Assembly: GCA_047495785.1 (NCBI GenBank)
Contig: JBLDXI010000032.1
Coordinates: 248,001 to 312,000, forward strand
Length of the DNA: 64,000 nucleotides
From: Lepidodermella squamata
Lineage: Eukaryota; Animalia; Gastrotricha
Reading direction: 5' to 3'
Shown: piece after piece, positions 61,210 to 64,000 of the stretch
Layout: every line of letters starts with the position of its first letter
Position numbering within the stretch: the first letter of the stretch is position 1
Notes under the pieces: model-generated
Databases searched by the model: none
Seen by the model: the letters and a program-made list of their open reading frames with translations, nothing else
What the model was told of the DNA's origin: nothing
Position numbers and translations under genes: made by a program

Positions 61210-62580
61210 TTGGCTGCTGGCCTTGACCTCTCGCCACGTGCATGTCTTCAATCAAGCGCGGCCATCGCGTTCTCAAGCGCGTCCGCGAGGCGATGTCGAT
61301 GTAGCAAACTGGCGTTGTTACTGCGTTCGACGTTATGAAGTTCGAAAATAGGCGCCTATGCGCGTTTAGTCATTATGAAGAATTCCATAAAATTATTCAC
61401 GAAGGTACCACGGGTAGAATAATTGAGCTGCAAAACCACTGATTAGTCTCTCTTTGTGGGTCTTTGTGGGTCAATCGAGTTGTAACCGAACTGCGACTGC
61501 GATGGTTTTTTGACGGGTTTACTCCCTACGGCCGCAACACATGGCTGCCGATTTGCCGGTTTCCTGGGGTGTCGATACCATTTCTGGCGATGGCATGGGT
61601 TGGAATCACGCACCCCTTCTTGGGTAATGAGACCCTTCGTTCACGACATGACTAGGCTCTGGAACGTTAGGCGTCCGTCTTGCAAACGGGGCCGTTGTCA
61701 AAGTTCGACATGGCGTTGGGATTTTTGACAGCCCTGCTCGTGATATGATTTTCGAACAGAAGAGTCATGGTGGCTACTGGCCATGCCCATTTCGCCTAAT
61801 TCCCGGCGTAAGATGCGGCGGAAAAACTGTTTATCCGAACGGCAATTATGAAGCCAGGACGGACGATAGTTGGCGCCAGTCTGCCAGGCGGTGGTGGACC
61901 ACGGCGTTAAAGCCTGGGCTTGCCTTCTTGATATGCCAAATCTCGATCCAACTGAAAATGCGCCGGTTGCAAAACCTGTACTTGCGAATAGTTCGTTATA
62001 TTCTCATGCCCTTCTGGCTGTTAAAAAATGCTTAAAACCAATGTTCATTACTCGTGATCATGGCTTAGTTAAAAATTCGTTTTTATCTCATTTTAGAGAA
62101 CATTGAGATGACGACTTCCACCGCAAAAACTTGCTCGTATACCGTGATAACGAAAATTGATCTGATTGAAAAATTGAAAATAACGAAATTCATCTTGAAT
62201 CACGTGATGAAATCATCGCTCTCGGAAAACTACTCGCTATCTCTCACAATTTTGTAATTTATACTTTGCAAATGATGGTCTCCCACGTTAACTGCCATCT
62301 GGCTGCTGGCCTCGACCTCCCACATTTTGGGCTTGTCTTCAATCGAGGGCAGCATTGAAGAGTTTCTCATTAGAACAGTTGCTTTCCAGCGACATGTTCG
62401 CGAGGTGGTTGAAAACCTTGGCGCATTGAGCACTTCTTTAATCGAGCGCGGACATCGCGTGATTAACACAGCAACATAGCAAATTGGTGTTGTGTCATAC
62501 GAAAATAGACGCCTATGAGCATTTATCTATGATAAGAAGTTCCATACAATTATTCACGAAAATACCACGGGTAAAATAAA
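61210..62580. repeat. Two diverged copies of an unclassified repeat (~61210-61423 and ~62299-62579)
   Basis: TGGCTGCTGGCCT.GACCTC..GTCTTCAATC..GCGCGG.CATCGCGT..CGAAAATAG.CGCCTATG..TTCCATA.AATTATTCACGAA..TACCACGGGTA are shared. Confidence 0.8.
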
Positions 62581-64000
62581 CCCGCTCTGATGAACGACTG
62601 CGTGGTCTGCGAGCTTGGTTCGAGCTTTTCAGAACATGTTCGCAATGATGGAGCAAGTCATTAATTTCGTAATGGGATCAGCTGCAAGACTTGAAATTGT
62701 CAAGGCGGAGGTATAGCGACTTAAAACAGCTAGTGGTGTTGATCGACTGATCAACTTTGGTGAAAATCGATTCATAGAGCGGCATAATGCCGTTCTGCGT
62801 TTTGCCAATGTGTTCGACGTAGTCTCATCGGTCTCAATCGGTCACATGCAATTTATTATTTTAGATACCTCAGCAAATGTCGTGAAACAAAACCGTGAAG
62901 TTCTTCATTTTCGGCGATGAAAATTATCGAGGATGCTGAAAATCCGCTATTTCTTTTAAAATCAAAGGTTTAAAGCCGAATGGCCTTGAAAGATTCATTC
63001 CCTTTCACCCGCCGCGTTGAAGAAGGTTCCCTCTGGAGCTCCACCCAGATAGAGAAATTCGCCCATTCCTCTATCCTACGCTTTAATGGCCAATCTTCTG
63101 GAAATGCTGAAAAATGAAATAATTTTTCCTAAAAGCTAAGGAAAGTGTTTGGAGGCGTTGCCTATCAACATCACGAGGTGCCTCAAGCACCGATAATTGC
63201 AATTTTGGTGATGTCCATTCTAATTCTACATCGAATTTTCGTTATTACTGTTGTTTTAGCCGTTCTAATCACCACAACTGTTTGCCTCATTTGTAAGATG
63301 GCACCTTGCATTCAAGGAAGAATGGCCAAGGTATCTGAGCGGCGAAATCCTGTTTACCGAAATATAAATGCCGAAAGCGAATCTGCTATTTATTTAAAGT
63401 GTTCAACACTGCACGATTTTCTATGCTCATTTGCGCTATTTCAATAATTAATGAAAAGATTGTGTATTGTATTTCCTCTTCTTAGAATTTAGAGGACTAA
63501 TACGGTTACTTGACAAATGGCTACAGTTCTGGTCGCTCAGAATACCCTTGAAAACGGTACTGTCATCAGTTCCCAAAGAAACAACTGACGAGGAAGGAGT
63601 TTGTTCAAGAAAAAGTTTGACCGCCATAAATAGTTTACCGAAAGCGCGTGACGGGCGAAAAATACGTTTACCGCGATGCCAAGTTGATAAAAGCCAAAAT
63701 TGTCGTTCGTCTGGTTGGCTGTTGTCAAAAGCTCAAATGCTACTTGAAATTCGAAGACGCGAGTATTACACAGCTCTGTGACGATTATGGAAAAACCGCA
63801 AGTCTGGATGACCAGCGCGGATGGATCGACCGTTACGTATCTGTTGAGCCTAAATCCAAGAGATGGACAATCACTTATTCACTTCCAGCTAAGTACGATA
63901 TTGAATCTAAGCGGCCAACAAGGGCTGTTAGTCTCGCCGTTATTCCTGTTTGTAAGGAATTCATCGAAAAGGCGCTATCGGTTAGAATGAAATTTTTGTA

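Noticed and set aside
63145-63990. Hydrophobic ORF and Cys-containing ORFs at the right end
   Set aside because: Short, mostly non-ATG, no coherent gene model; possibly TE debris but unsupported.

Overview
Eukaryotic (metazoan) genomic DNA from a compact, AT-rich genome with many ~50-nt GT-AG introns; the species cannot be identified from the window. All gene models were spliced by eye. Left 19 kb: the 3' part of an atypical neprilysin (M13), two tandem secreted LDLa-repeat genes, a TIR-NB-ARC(STAND)-ankyrin NLR-like gene, a Fer3/NATO3-type bHLH gene, an intronless plant-type core alpha-1,3-fucosyltransferase and L-gulonolactone oxidase. 19-26 kb: several non-autonomous transposons (a 430-bp-arm foldback, a 9-bp-TSD MITE, a telomere-repeat MITE, a pogo-like element carrying a solo LTR) among decaying copies of a small secreted PAN/Apple-like gene. 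26.5-61 kb: the main candidate novel system, seven head-to-tail, strongly diverged paralogs (A-G) of a TPR plus helical (ARM-like) protein. Six of them are separated by only 78-191 nt, with unpaired splice-acceptor-like sites before the downstream ATGs (operon-like, probably SL trans-spliced). They carry paralog-specific giant TE-filled introns, and one intron holds a nested antisense gene (PAN plus three CTHRC1 C-terminal-like domains).
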